Assembly (NCBI RefSeq): GCF_028641065.1
Contig: NC_073395.1
Location: forward strand, 16,492,001 to 16,556,000
Direction: 5' to 3'
DNA length: 64,000 nt
Source of the DNA: Leucoraja erinacea
Lineage: Eukaryota
Below, one piece after another: positions 11,565-25,674 of this stretch. The translations under genes and the position numbers were made by a program. The notes below the pieces were generated by a model. The model saw only the letters and a list, made by a program, of their open reading frames with translations. It was not told the DNA's origin and made no database searches. The number at the start of each line of letters is the position of its first letter. Within the stretch, counting starts at the first letter, position 1.

Positions 11565-13341
11565 GTCAGTGTCGGACAGGACGGCAGTCCTGCAAACCCC
11601 TGAGAAACAGACCCCTCGGTGTCGCAACCTTGCATGGGCCAAATAAATCTCCCACCTTTCATCTAATCCAGACCCCCAATGTCTGGACCTACCTCGTCAG
11701 CCTAGTGTTTGTCTACCTCCGTCTCGCAGTGTTGTACGTGTCTGATTACATTTGCTTTCTGGATGGTTGTGTCTAGTTTCTTTCCTGTGGTGTCTCGTAT
11801 GCAACAGATAATGTTGGCAATCCTCAGCGGGCCGGCCACCTCTGTGGGAAGAGAAACATAGTCAACGTTTCAGATCAAACACTTTCGTTAGAACTTGAAA
11901 AGTCCACACCTGAAATAAAATCTCTGTTTCTCTCTCCTTAGACACTGCCCCGACCTGCTGAGTGGGTCTGTTATTGTCTCCTCGTGCATGACCCTGCTTG
12001 GAGCCATATAGCACCGAAACGGGCCCTACTCTTCTGCCCAACTCATCCATGTCTAAGATGCCCATCTAAGCTAGTCTCACTTGCCTATGGTTGTCTCCTA
12101 TCCATCTAAATCTTTCATAGAGTCGTAAAGTCGGACAGAATGGAAACAGGCCCATCGGCCCAGCTTGCCCACACCAACCAACATGTCGCATCTACACTAG
12201 TCCCACCTGCCTGCATTTGGCCCATATCCCATTAAGCCCATCCAATTCCATGTAACTATGTAAATGTTTCTTAAACGTTGTGATAGTACCTGCCTCAACT
12301 ATCGGCTCTTGCAGCTCGTTCCATATACCCACTACCCTTTGTATAAAAAAAGGTTACCCCTCAGGTTCCTAGTAAATCTTTCCCTCCTCACCTTAAACTT
12401 ATGTCCTCTGGTTCTCGATTCTCCTACTCTGGGCAAGAGACTCTGTGCGTTTACCTGATCTATTCCTCTCGCAATTTATTTTCTACCCATTTACCTGTCG
12501 AAATGGTTTTGCACTTTGTAATTGTACCCGCATCAACCACATCCCTGGCAACTTGATCCACGTATCTATCACCTCATATGTGAAAACCTTGCTCCTCGGG
12601 TCCCCTTTAAATCTTTCACTTCTTATCTTAAATCTATGCCGTCTAGTTTTAAACTTCCCCATGTATGCTCCTTGTGATTTTATAAACCAGTATAAGATTT
12701 ATTTGGCAGGAATATCAGGCGGGGGATGAGGATCAGATTTCTCATCCAGTGTGGGTGTGGGGGATAGGAACTCCACAACTGAAAGGATGAGACAGACCAA
12801 AACCCTCATCACATTTAAACAGAGGGAAGTTAATCGGGCTATGGGGGAATAAAAAAAATTGAGATTAATGCAAGCCGGTGCAGACTCGATGGACTTATTT
12901 CTGTACAGTGTCTCTCTATGACTCTAAAAAAGGCAGAAAATGCTGGAAACACACAGAAGGCCAGGCAGCATCTGTGGAGAAGAACAGAGAGTAAATATTT
13001 CAAGCCAACTTCCTTTGCCAGAACCTTTTTGATGTGAGCGTGGAGAGCTGCAATCTACATACAGTGCTGGGAGGTGGGATCAGGGTGAGGAACTCATTAT
13101 TGATCGCCTTGCAAAGGATGGGCTTCATTTTGTGCTGCGTATTTTCTACACAACTGTGATTTCAGCTGCTGGTCTTGTCCTGCCTATCACTCTGTCTCGT
13201 CCTGTGTATCGTGCCGGGCAGTGCTTAATTTCCGTGCAGTCTCTACCTCTGTTGCAATCTCTGTATGTCCGCTAATTTATCCACCCTACTATCACTGTTG
13301 GAGCCAGGGCACTGCTTATCAAGTGACATATCTGCATTCAG

Positions 13342-13568
13342 TTGCAGCAGCTCTGAGTACGAAATGGAGGAGGACGAGGAGGAGGAGGAGGAGGAAGAAG
13401 ATGAGGAGGACAAGGAGGATAAGAGGGATGAGGAAGATATGTTGTCTCCCTCAGTGGACGGAGTACCATGGAGAAAAGCAGCGGAGGCCCAGCAGTTGCT
13501 GAAGAAAAATTCAGAGGAAGACAGTGAGGCAGAGAGCGAGGATGAGGGACATTCACAATCGAGTTACG
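13342..13568 (+). CDS. MICAL3: MICAL3-like acidic exon (SSSEYEMEEDEEEE...GVPWRKAAEAQQLLKKNSEED...); start 13342, 13348 or 13351
   Basis: Poly-Glu plus GVPW-KA motif like MICAL3; three in-frame phase-2 AGs (ttcag ttgcag cag); donor ACG|gtgagt. Confidence 0.88.
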
Positions 13569-16500
13569 GTGAGTGACACTGTCCGACATGCAGGAGCTTC
13601 CTTCTGAGGTGATTATCATTAGCCGAGGAAACTTTTGAACTAATTGTCTAAACCCTAGATCATTGCAGGGCGCTGCTCCCAGTCAAAGGCCAGTTGTCAT
13701 CGGTCCTTTGGAGTCTACAAAGCCCTCGTGACTACTGAGCAAGTGGGGAGGCGAGTGGAGCTTGGTCTCCTTGAAGGGTGTCTAACGTAGAGCTGATCTC
13801 CAGAGGGCTCGCTGGAGAGAGGAAGCAGCGCATGGGGATGGATCTATTGGGAAGTCGACTATACGGGAAGGTCCGAGTTCAGTGGGAGAGTTAAAATATT
13901 GTAGGTGCGGAGTTCAGGACAAGAGTTAGTGTACTGGAGGCATTGAGCTCCAAGGGAGAGTTAATACACCAGGGATACATAGGAGTTGGAGATGTTAATG
14001 CACGGGATATATGGGGGGTCACAGGGAATAATGAACTAGGGATTTATAGGGAATGGGGGTCAATACACTGGAAACTAGTTATAACTAGTTATGTACGTGC
14101 TGCGGAAGTTAACAAACTGGAGATGTTTCATAAGGGCAGGGGGAGTTATTGCACCAGAAGGATCAGCTTAATTGATGTAGCAGAACCCAAATGATGTGAG
14201 TTGGGTTCAATGGGAGTTAATGTAATGGATCATTGACCCCCTCGTGCCTGTTCTGCCGTTCACTGAGATCTTGACCCGAGTGCCACTCTCCTGCACCAAC
14301 CCCATTTCCCTCGATTGTCTGAACATCTAAATGTCTCTGTTTGAGCCCACGCAGTTACAGAGCCTCCACAACCTTCCTGTGTAGAAAATTCCAAACATTC
14401 CCACTTCCCTGGGTGAAGCATCATGTGTGCCTTGTCTATCGATTCCCATGTGCTGTGTTCAATGCAGTTTATTGTCACGTGTACCGAGGTACAGTGAAAA
14501 GCTTTTTGTAACGTGCTAACCAGTCTGCAGAAAGACTATACATAATTACAATCGATCCGTTTACAGTGTATATGATAAGGGAATAACGTTTAGTGCAAGG
14601 TAAAGCCAGCAAAGTCCGATCAAGGATCATCAAAGAGGTAGATAGTAGTTCAGCACTTTTCTCTGGTTGTGTTAGGATGATTCAGTTGCCTGCTCCAAAA
14701 TCTCTCAATTCTTTCTCACGTGTCGTTCCAGCCCTGAAAGGCTGATCCTTTATTTTAAAATTTTAACCCGGCCTCTTGACACCACACCCAGAAGAAAGAG
14801 CATCAACTCTGACAAACCCCACAAGAATTTTGTGTCATCAATGAGATCATCTCACTAAACTCGAGACAACAGGCCCGGTCCACAGTCTGCTTTGGCCTTT
14901 ATTGTGAGACAGTGTGAGCAGGAGTAAACTCCCTTACTGCAAATTATACATGGCTCTGGTGAGAACATACCTGGAGTATTGGGTCATTTTAGTCTCTTTA
15001 CCGCAAGAACATAAAACAGTACAGCACAGGAACAGGTCCTACAGCCCACCTTGTTGATGCCAATCACGATGCCAAATTAAACTAATCCCATCTGCCTGCA
15101 CTCGATCTACATCCCTCTATTCCCTTCCTGTTCATAGGCTCCTTAAATGTCACTATGGTATCTTGATTAAACCACCACCACTGGCCATGCATTTCAGGCA
15201 CCTTTGTTTAAAAAAACACATTCTCCACACATCTCCTTTAAACTTTCTCCCTCTCACCTTAAAGTTATGCCCACTAGTTTTTGACATTTCCACCCTGAGA
15301 AAAATATTTTGGTGAATACCGATCCAAAATACTCAGTTAGTTCTTCGCCCACCTCCTCTAAAGATCTTCTTACACCTGAAAAGTCAACAGATTGGTTCTT
15401 GTGATGGGGATTGGTTGTAGGAGCAAAGATTGGGTGCTCCCGTCTCCCCCAAAGACGAGTGGGTTTAATTGTAAATTAATTGGCCTCTGTAATATTACCC
15501 CTGGTTTGTAGGGGGTGGATGAGAGAGTAGGATCAAGTAGAACTAGTGCGAACGGGTGATGGGTGGTCAGCGTGGGCTTGATGGGCCAAAAGGCCTGTTT
15601 CCATACTGTATCTTTCAATCATTCAATCAGTGTGGAATTCTTTGCCCTGGGGAGGTGTGGAGGCTTGCGGAGCTCATTTAAAGCCGATTGATACATTTCT
15701 GGAATGAGGAGATATGAGGATGGAACCAGGAAATGGAGGTAGAAGATCCTGATGAATGATAGAGCAGGCTGGGATGAATGCTTTTTTTTCTTTTCGTATT
15801 AACTCCCTCAGAGGACAAAACCACATGCCATGAATCAATATGATGAATCTTGTACTCACTTTCCTGAGGTAGGGAGACAATACCTTCACTCGGTGCCTGC
15901 CTCTTTGCTCTCCAGTGAAGATAAGGCCTTGTGCTGGAGAGTTAATGCATGGGACGGAGATGGGAAAGTGGAAGTGGCAGTGGTTTGTTGGGCAGAGATC
16001 AGTGGGAGAGGCAGTGACTGGACAAGTAACCCAGACCCCTGGACTAACATTCCCACCAGAGGAACTGAGGAATTTAAAATCAGTTAGTATTCAGAATTAG
16101 AAATGACAACCACTCATCTGGTTTACCAATGTTCTTCTGGGCAAAGAATCCAGCTTCTAACCTGTCTAAATACAACAAAAACTCTGCAGCTAGGCAAAAT
16201 CCCAGCTGCAGTTCTGAAGATCTGCGTTCCAGAACTAGCGATGCCTCTGGCCAAGCGGTTCCACTACAGAGTGGAAAATTGCCCACGTGCGTCTGGCAGA
16301 TTGTGAATTCTGTAGCCTCACGCACACTCTTCCCAGCAATCATTGAGAATGGGGAAATTCCCAGAGCTTCCTCGGCCTGTCAGCTGCTGAATTGTCCACC
16401 CTTATCCGAGCTGTGTCGCTGGGTGTGAGATTGCTTTAGTTTAGTTTAGTTTAGAGATACAGCGAGGAAATAGGCCCTTCAGCCCACCGAGTCCGTGCCA

Positions 16501-17154
16501 AACTCCAGCAATTGCGTGCAGTTTTTGCTGTGCAACACAGACGATCCTGCCCTACAGTTTCCTCAGGCTGGCATCATCTGCAGCCTCTCGTGGTACTATG
16601 CCCTCCTTTATGCCTCATGAACCAGGAAACATAGAAGGTGCAGGAGTAGGCCATTCGGCCCTTCGAGACAGCATCGTCATTCAATATGATCATGGCTGAT
16701 CATGTTACCCAGATCCTAATGGTACAGCCATATTTCCTTTCATATTTCCATAAAATAGAAGTGGGCCATTCAGCCTATCAAGTCAGTGCCAGCTCTTGGC
16801 ACATTCCTAATCCCTCACTGTTCTAATCCCACATTCCCACAAAATCCCCCAGATTCTATCCTTCACAAGGGCCAATGCTCAGCATCCAATTAACTTGCCA
16901 ACTTGCACGAGTTTGGGACATGGGAGCACCCAGAGGAGACCCATCCAATCACAGGGAGAACATGCAAACTCCACACGGATAGCACCAGAAGTTGGGGATT
17001 GAAATGGGGTTGCTGGAGCTGTGAGGCAGTAGCTGTGCCACCGTGCTACCCAATGAGCTGCAGATTGTGCAAGCGTATGCTGCAGTAATCTGAGTCTTGG
17101 TTACCTGATCTCCTTACCGAAGAAACAATGTACATGCCAAAGATGGAATTCAGT

Positions 17155-17432
17155 GTTTAGTTTAGAGATGCAGCTCGGACAAAGGCCCGACCAGTGATCC
17201 CCGCACACTTACATTATCCTACACAATAGGGGACAATTTACAATTATACCAAGCCAATTAACCTACAAACCTGTACGCCTTTGGAATGTGGGTTAAAGCG
17301 GAGATCCTGGTGAAAACCCACGCAGGTCATGGGGCGAACGTACAAACTCCATACAGACAGCACCCCTGGTCAAGATCGAACCCGGGTCTCTGGCGCTGTA
17401 AGCGAGTAGCTTTACCGCAGCACCATCGTGCC
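17155..17432 (-). mobile_element. tRNA-derived HE1/V-SINE-like SINE
   Basis: Reverse complement has tRNA A/B boxes, a central gggttttc...ccgg domain and a (ctaaa)n tail. Confidence 0.8.
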
Positions 17433-19342
17433 ATCCGGTGAAGTGAAGATTCATCAGACTACCTCCAAGGATGGTGGGACTGCCAGGTGGAGTGAGTCTG
17501 CATTCTCTAGAGTTTGGAGGAATGACTGGAGATCCCATTGAAATGCACAGATCAACAACAGGCTAGACACAGGGAGGATGATTCCCTGAACTAGGAGTCC
17601 AGGACTAGGGAACAGTCTCAGAATATGGATGAGAACTGGGAATCGGACTGAGATTCTTTGTGCCCCTGGTGACAAACACATGGAATTCTCTACCCCAGAG
17701 TGCGGTGTAGGTTCAGTCATGGAATCCATTCAAAAAAGTTTGATCAATGTTTGGATATTAAAGGAACCATGGCTCACGGGGGGAGAGCAGTAAAATGGGG
17801 CTGAGCTGATGAACAACAATCTTGTTGAATGGCAGCACAGGCATGAAGGAGCTGGAGTAGCCATGGGCCCTAGTTCGTACGTCTGAGTATATCACTCCAC
17901 CCTGGTGATTGCGAAGGAATGCCAAGTGGTTACAGTCAGGCAGAGTTGGTAGTTTGGAAATTGATAGAATTCTGGAGATTTTTTGTGGGTTTCTGTGGGT
18001 CTGCTGAGGTTTTGGTGAGAATGTTGAGAAATTCCTTCCTTTTATTTTTAAATCTGTTATTATTGGCAAGGAAGGTGGTGTGAGCTTCACTGCTCCCCCA
18101 CACCCGCCCTCCTGGCGCTGTGACTGTCAATTTGTCCTCAATCAGCATTAACTGGCAAGTAGGCTTAAGGTGTGGTGAGGCGGTGTCTGTTTCTGGATCC
18201 TGGATGTTCTTTTTCATTTCCTGAAGTGGTGAGAATTGCCTGTTTGATCGAGTGTGAGGTTTCTAGTCTTAAGAATGGACAAGTAATTGGGTGGGCAGGG
18301 TGGCGAGGGGGTAGGGGTGCAATTCATCAAATATGGGATAGAATGGCAAATTAAAGGTACAATTCCCATCACTGATGACCTAAAGAATAACGAGGCTCTG
18401 AGGTATTGCAGTGCCTCCCTGCAGTCTTGGTGCAGGCCTGTGGAAGGTGAAGAGGCTGCAGGCCTCTATCATATCCGAGATCTCTCAGGATCCAATCTTG
18501 GATGATCCATGGGATGCAATCACTACATCTCGCGCTACTCCATCGGCTTGCTCAGCATCAGGTCTGTCATTGGCTGCACCTTGCACCAGGAAGCCCACTG
18601 AACTGGCTGAGAGTTGTGAGCAGGAGCACACCAAGAATTATTCAGCTATGTTCATTACTCCACACTCGCCCACCCTCCACCCCACAGCCTCAGACAGCGC
18701 TGGTAACTGGGGCAGAGCAGGGTGTGAACAGCCGATCCTGTCCCAGCAGCAGAAATAGGCACCAAAGACCAACTAGCAGTGGTCTGGTGGGGCAGAGATA
18801 AAGATGTTAATCTTACCTAGGCTCCTCGGTCATCCTGGCCTTGGTCACTGCAGCCATCACAGCCCAGCAGAAGCAAGGGGGCAAAGATAAACCCCGCCCT
18901 GAGGCTTTAGCTCTGCTCCCAGTTGAGAACTCCCTCCCCCCTCGCCAAGGATGCCTGTATAAGATTACCTCTCAAAACATCAACCAGACTGGCCTCTCTG
19001 AATTTCCTGCACTAACTGTACTTCATGTTTTCCTTTACCCCACTCTGTGCGTGTGTGTATGTGTGTGTTTGTTTGTCTGTCTGTGACTGTATTTATTTAT
19101 CCATCTGTGTGTGGGACTGTATATGTGTGTGCGTCTATGGCCATATACATGTGTGGGGATATGGATGGGATTTCACTTGTATGTGCATGTATGTACATTT
19201 CTGTCTAAATGTTTTTTTAATGTCTGTGTGTTTGTGTGTGTCTCATGGCTGTGGATCAATGTATGTCTGTCTGTGTGACTATATCTTTGTATGCAACTAT
19301 GACGGTATAAATCTGTGGAACATGCCCATGTATATGCCTGTG

Positions 19343-19344
<2 letters not shown>

Positions 19345-19380
<36 letters not shown>
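19345..19380. repeat. (TG)n microsatellite upstream of exon 19419, within a larger TG-rich tract (19045-19386)
   Basis: Direct reading. Confidence 0.95.
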
Positions 19381-19386
<6 letters not shown>

Positions 19387-19418
19387 TCCTCTTCCTCCCT
19401 CCCTCTCTCTCTCTGAAG

Positions 19419-19508
19419 AGGGCGAGTACTGCCCCTGGGAGAAGGAGCTCCAGTTTGGGCTCTGGGTCCATCAGCTGTCTGATGAAGAGGACAACCATGT
19501 GTTCAGAG
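19419..19508 (+). CDS. MICAL3: MICAL3-like 90-nt symmetric exon (EGEYCPWEKELQFGLWVHQLSDEEDNHVFR)
   Basis: CT-rich tract plus gaag acceptor; donor GAG|gtatct; EGEYCPWE-ELQ-GLW resembles fish mical3 isoforms (recalled); phase 1-1. Confidence 0.85.
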
Positions 19509-20639
19509 GTATCTGCTTTGCTTCTCTGCAAGTACAGAGCTCAACAGCACTAATCAGATACAATCCACCCCTTTAAAGCGGGCACCAGCTGCTTTGTGAT
19601 TGCACGGGCAGAGGCTGGAGCTCACAATTGGTGGCAGCCGGAACAAAAATTCAGTTCAAAGCGACGGGGATTGGGAGAGGAAGGTGTGGTCAAGACAATG
19701 CTTTTTACACAGTCAGAGGGACAGGTCTTGTGTGCAGACTCCCCATTTATGATGGGAATGCATGCAGGGGAATGCCCGGCAAATACTATCATCCACACAA
19801 AACTGTCACGCTGTACTGCATGGACTGTCCACTCTAACGCTCCACTTACGACATTACAGTGTGATCCCTGGCACACACACACTCATGACCCTGGGTTATC
19901 CTGATTCTCTTTCTCTTTCCCTCCCTCTCTCCCCCCCTCCCTCTCCCTCTCCCTCATTCTCTCTCTTTTTCTTCCTCCCCCCCCCCGGGCTGTTCTCTCT
20001 CTCTCTCTCTCTCTCACGCATGCACGCACACTCACTCACGACTCTGGGCTGTCCTTTCTCTCTCTCACACACACACACACACCACCCAGGGATGCCCTGG
20101 CACACACACTATAGTCACTGGGCTTGATTGGAAATGACAGTTCCCATGTTCCGCTTGTCACCGACTCTCTCCAGCACACCCTGTGTGCCCCTCAGCATCT
20201 GGGCCACACTGCAGCTTCTTTTGCTGATGACATTAACCCTTCCTAGAGTGGAGAGCATTGCTGCCTAACACTGGAGTGTGTGGGTGCTGAGTGCCTCCAG
20301 CTCCGCAGCTTGATCCGCTGTGTGCTGCACTTGTCTGACTGTTGATGGTGAGTGTTTCTCACCGCCCTCGAGGTCTCTGCATGGCTTGTGGCCTGTATCT
20401 GCTTGTGTGCACTAACTTGCTTCACACAGTGTCCAGCAGAGGCATTCTTCGCTGTTGCATATAGCCCCATGTTTCTGTCCCAGACTGTGTGGCAGGGGGT
20501 TAGCTGGGCTATGCAAAGCTGTGAGGTGCTGTGCTGGGTGGGGTGAGTCTGTGCCATGTAGGAGTGGCCTGAACGCTGGGCTGGCACTGCACATCATTGC
20601 CAGGCTGCGCTGTGGTGTTTGCTGCAGGGCTGGTCATGG

Positions 20640-20900
20640 TCAGGCCTAGCCAGGCTGGAGGATCGGACTGGGCTGGGAGGATTAGATGGTGCTTGGAGGA
20701 CTGGATGGGGCTGGGAGGACTTGGATAGGAAGACTGGAGGAAGGTTGGAGTCCAGGGCTGGGAGAATGAAATGGGGCTGGGAAGACTGGGTTGGGAAGAC
20801 CACATAAAGCTGGGAGCACTGGGCTGGAAGGTTGGACCAGGCTGGGAGAACGGGTCTGGGCTAGGAGAACGGACAAGGTTGGGAGGACCGGGTTGGGCCG
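20640..20900. repeat. Degenerate ggctggga minisatellite
   Basis: Recurrent ggctggga / ggttggga units. Confidence 0.7.
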
Positions 20901-21902
20901 AGACAGGTGAGGATGATTTTGGGTTAAGAGGACTGGATATTGTGTCGGACAGGATTGGGTGGACTCTTTTCTGGATTAGGGAATAATGTGAGCAGGGAGA
21001 ATGCCTGATAGTGCAGGAATTCATGAATGCAGATAAGCACCTGGATGGGAAGGAATCATGACCAGATTTGACCGTTGTGTTCAGTGCTAGGTTCTGCTGT
21101 ATAGAGTCACAGTAAGATAATTCCTGAAGGGGACCAGAGGCTGGAATATTGGGCGTTTTCAGAAGTAAGAATAATTGTACAGGAATTTGTTGGGAAAGAA
21201 CAGGATTGGGGGTCAGTAGCAGGAATTTTTGTGGTTCCAGGGACAAGGTTCTTGGAGACAAGTCAGTTACTCAGTACATTAAAGAGATCAGTTGATGTAT
21301 TGGTATGAAGGGAATTGAGGGGCATGTGGATAGTGCAGGAAAATGATGTCCAGACAGAAAATCAGCCGTGATCTTGAATGGCAGAGATACGAGGGGCTGA
21401 ATGGCCCACTCCTGCCTCTGTTGTCCTCTCAGGCCTATGGAGAGTAAACAAAGAGAGGCAGGAGGTTCTGGGACCAGTGGGGCTACGGACAAAAGGGAAA
21501 TACAAGGAGAAACAAGAGTTCCCAGAGAATTTAGGCCCTCACTTGCCCCGCTGCAGGGTTGTGGGAACAGGGTCAGACGGTGCTGTCAAAAGGGAATTGC
21601 GTGGGGTGGTGGGGGGGAGGGGGAGAGAGAGAACATCAGACTCGGGGCTGAAAGGAAAGTATGAGATTACTTTGCCAGGAGCCAGCATAGACAGACCGGC
21701 CTGGTGTGGTGACTATGAGCAGGAGAGGGAGCGTGCCTCTCCAACAACTCTGCTGCACTGTGCTGCTCATTGCATGCATTTCTCCGCTCTTTGCATCTGC
21801 TCTCTATGTTCCATGGTCTACCTCACTTTTCTGTGATCTCTCTTTCTCCCTCCTTTCCGCTCCCATTCCTGTCGCTTCACTGGCCCCGCACCTACGGAGC
21901 AG

Positions 21903-22028
21903 CTTCGAGCCTGAGGGTGCGTCAGCTCGTCAGCCCCATTGATCCGCTGGAAATCAAGGCGGACGTGCACTGGACACACATCACGGGCCAGGAAGGGGCA
22001 ATCCTTCCAGCAGCCCCAGACCCAGAAG
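21903..22028 (+). CDS. MICAL3: MICAL3-like 126-nt exon (ASSLRVRQLVSPIDPLEIKADVHWTHITGQEG...)
   Basis: DPLEI-ADVHWTHI MICAL3 motif; pyrimidine tract then GAGCAG tandem acceptor; donor AAG|gtacgg; phase 1-1. Confidence 0.88.
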
Positions 22029-22159
22029 GTACGGAGCAGTGTCAGAGTCCACAAGGGGGCGCCATGTAGGAGAGATGCCACCGAGGGCAAGACAGTGCCA
22101 AGGCAGCGGGGCAGTGGGCACAGTGGTGCTGGAAACAGCAGAGTACAGGCTGACCATGC

Positions 22160-22462
22160 ATCGGGACCTGTGTGTGGGAGGGTGGCACGCACAGGGATCA
22201 TGTGTGGGAGAATGTTGCATGCTGAGGGTGACACACACTGGGGCCGGATGTGGGAGGGGGTTGCACTGGGACCGCATGTGAGTGGGTGACATGCGCTGGG
22301 ACCGCATGTCGGTAGGGGGTCGCATTGGGACCGCATGTGGGATGGGGTCACGCATGGGCCATGTGTGCGAGGGAGTCACGCATTGAGACTGCATGTGGGA
22401 GGGAGATCACGCACTGGGACCGTGTGTGGGAGAGGGTCACATGCCCACACAGTGTGTGGGAG
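22160..22462. repeat. ~29-bp minisatellite (gcatgtgggaggggtcacgcactgggacc)
   Basis: About 10 diverged units downstream of exon 21903. Confidence 0.8.
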
Positions 22463-23359
22463 GTGCTGAATGGTGAGTGTACAATCTTCCTGCACCAACT
22501 AATAACTACGTTCCCAGATTATAGATGGAGCTCACTTTTCCGAGCCTCCTTTGCCTGTTGCTTGTCTTCTCGAGGAGACCGTCTAGTTCCTGCCTGGAGC
22601 CTTTTTCACACCTCTACCTTGTGTGCATTTTATTAAAGTCTTTTTCCCTGTTTCAGCTTTGAATTGCCTGTGTTTCCCATTACAACCTCATCCTCGCATG
22701 AATAAACTGACAAGCAGAACATCTTTTACTATCGTTTGCAGTTTGTTATTAAACTTCAAAGTCCTTCACTGATCTTAACACTTTTCGAAGAAAGGGTCTC
22801 GACCCAAAACGTCACGTCTTCCTTTTCTCCAGAGACACTGTCTGACGCTCTGAGTCACTCCAGCTTTTTGTATCTTACTCCCCACCTACCCAGGCTGGGG
22901 CATTCCAATGAGTTGGTGGATGTGTGTAAGAGGAGATGGAATACTGGGGATCATATCAGAGGCCCACGGACCCAGGAGGAAGTATTGGATAGCCTCCTGG
23001 AATCAAACAAACATTGCTGGGATGCGTACATCTCTATTCCTGTTGCACAATAGAACTCCGATAATCCGGTATTTTGTTCGTTTAGAAATCCCAATGGTTG
23101 GGCATCTGGCTCGTACGTTAGTCCAGCGTGTGAGCTAGGGGTCTGGAGTGCACGCCAGTCGTGTGGTCGGAGATGGTCTCCAGAGTGTCGGTGAAACTTG
23201 TGCTGACAAGCGGGCTCTCATCAGCTACTGCTTCTTGCCCGGTTTAAACACACCGGGCTACTGGACAGTTATCATCTACCATGACCCATAACGCCAAGGT
23301 GAAATAAAAGTGGCCATTTGGATATTGACAGGAGTAGCGTTCAATAATCTGTGAAATCT

Positions 23360-24130
23360 GCAGTACATTTGGTGGACATTGCAGTCATCATGCATTGAAG
23401 CTGGAGGTAATGAACGACGAGTGTGTAAATGGGCTACTTTGCCCTGCAGGGTTGAGAATTTCTGGAGCTGTAATCACCCAAGCATGCAGATAGCATTCAC
23501 CGTGCTCCTGAGCTGTGCCGTGTAGATAGTGGAAAGGTTTGTGATGCCATGGGGTGAGTCTCCTGCCACAAGACTCCCAGCCTCTGACCCTCCCTTGCAA
23601 CCATGGTATTTATGTGGCTGTCCCAGCTGAGGTTCTGGTCGTGGTGACTCCCAGTTGAATATCAACAGTGGGTTTCTGGAAATTGAACTTTGCTTAGAAA
23701 GTTGTGATACAAATGCTATTTGATGCTTACCAACCCATGCCTGAATGTTGTCTAGGACTTGCTGCACACAGGTGTGTTCTGCCTCATTTGTTGTGGAGTT
23801 TCAAATAGAACATTGTTCAATCATCAGCAAACACCCCATGTAACGGAAGAAAAGTAACTGAACGTCCTGTATTTTTGTCTGCAACTCAAATGATGGACCC
23901 TTATGAAACTGGTGGATGATATACAGTAACTCCATCCCTGGAGGGGTTTGCATTGATTTCTGTTTTTGATCAGTGCTCCTTGATGCCATATGTGGTCAAC
24001 TGCTCCTTTGATGGCAAGAGAATCACACTCACCTTACCTTTGGACCAAGTCTTTTAGTCTGAGTTTGAGCCTGGTCTGTAAACCAAGCCAGGTAGTAATG
24101 AACAGGTCGTTGATAGCTTGATGGTACCAT
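23360..24130 (-). mobile_element. Decayed CR1-like LINE RT fragment
   Basis: Minus strand MQQVLDNIQAW and LSTIYTAQLRSTV resemble CR1-clade RT C-terminal motifs. Confidence 0.65.
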
Positions 24131-25154
24131 CAACTACACCTTGTTGATAAGTTCATAGGAGCAGAATTAGGCCATTCAGCCCATCAAGTCTACTCTGCCA
24201 TTCAATCATTGCTGATCTACCTTCCCCCATTACCGTGGACACCCTGACTAATCAAGAGCAGAGAGTAGATAATCGGGAGTAGACTGATTGGAATGATCCT
24301 GCCTTCTGTGGTTGGACATACCTGGGTAATTCTCCATAGGCCTCATGTTGTGATGCCACTGGAACACAAGGCTTTGTCTCCACAGCTAAGGGTCTCACAC
24401 CCTGTCGAGAGTTGATCTGATCTGTTTGTGGTGTAGTTCCTTTTAGTTTCACGAGTTAGCATGCAGTCAGATTGGTGCTTACCTTTGCTGGGTTGGGATT
24501 TTATATTTCCACCTTTGCTCAGTGACAATCCTGCATGTCCCTAATGTTCCCCTCACTAATTAATTTGCTGAGGATATATGGTAGGTGATAATCAGTAGGA
24601 GGTTTGGATTTAATCTGTAATGGGTTAATTTTGAAGTGTCCCTGACCACTCATTCGTCACTGTTTGCCAAATGACACCACCTCTGTTAGGTCTACAGTGC
24701 AGATGGGATATAACCCAGAGACCGGCTAGAAGGTGTTGTTCTGTCATTGACTACATCAGGTTTAACGAGCTTGTGGGCCTGTTCTTCTTGTTAAGGCAGA
24801 TTACCTCTGATATTCGAGGCATGGCACATTATCACAACTAGTAAGCTGCTGCCTCACAGTGCCAGAGATCTGGGTTCAGTCCTGACCTCAGATGCTGATT
24901 GTGGAGTTTGCACGTTCCCCGTGATTGCATGGGTACACACCTAGTGTGTAGATGAGGGGAGAATTGGTGGGAATCTGGAGAGAATGAAATAGGATTACCT
25001 TACGGTTAGAGTAGATGGGTAATTGATGGTTAATGTGAATCAGTGGGCCAAATACCCTATTTCCGTGTACTATGACTATAACTCCCGCCACCTACAGCCA
25101 GTCTGAAGAACGATCCCAATCCAAATCATCACATCCATTTTCTCCAGAGATGCT

Positions 25155-25447
25155 GCACAGTGGCGCAGCGGTAGAGTAGCTGCTTTACAGCACCAGACCC
25201 AGGTTTGATCCTGACTATGGGTGCTGTCTGTACGGAGTTTGTACTTTCCTCCTGTGACGGGTTTTCTTCGAGTTCTTCGGTTTGCTCCTACACTCCAAAG
25301 ACATACAGGTTTGTAGGTTAATTGGCTTGGTATAAATGTAAATTGTCCCTAGTATGTGTAGGATAGTGTTAATGTGCGGGAATCGCTGGTCGGTGCGGAT
25401 TCAGTGGGCCGAAGAGCCAGTTTCTGTGCTGTATCACTAAACTAAAC
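25155..25447 (+). mobile_element. tRNA-derived HE1/V-SINE-like SINE nested in a Penelope terminal-repeat fragment (25100-25497)
   Basis: tggcgcagcggtag A box, ggtttgatcc B box, actaaactaaac tail; host repeat resumes at gctgcctgacctgctga. Confidence 0.85.
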
Positions 25448-25674
25448 TTTTTTTAAAGCTGCCTGACCTGCTGAAATACTCTAGCATGTTGTGTCTACCC
25501 TAACCAATGACATTAGTCTCCGAAACCATGTCCCCTCATATCCCACAAAGTGAAGCTCACACATTGAACTCGTTAATGAGAAGGGAGTATTGAATAACAT
25601 TAGATATTGACAATCCCTGTGGGTTAACTAAAGATATCGGGAATGTGAATGTGTTAAATAGAATTGGATATGGC

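Noticed and set aside
25155-25225. tRNA gene
   Set aside because: A/B boxes belong to the head of a SINE with body and tail; no full cloverleaf.
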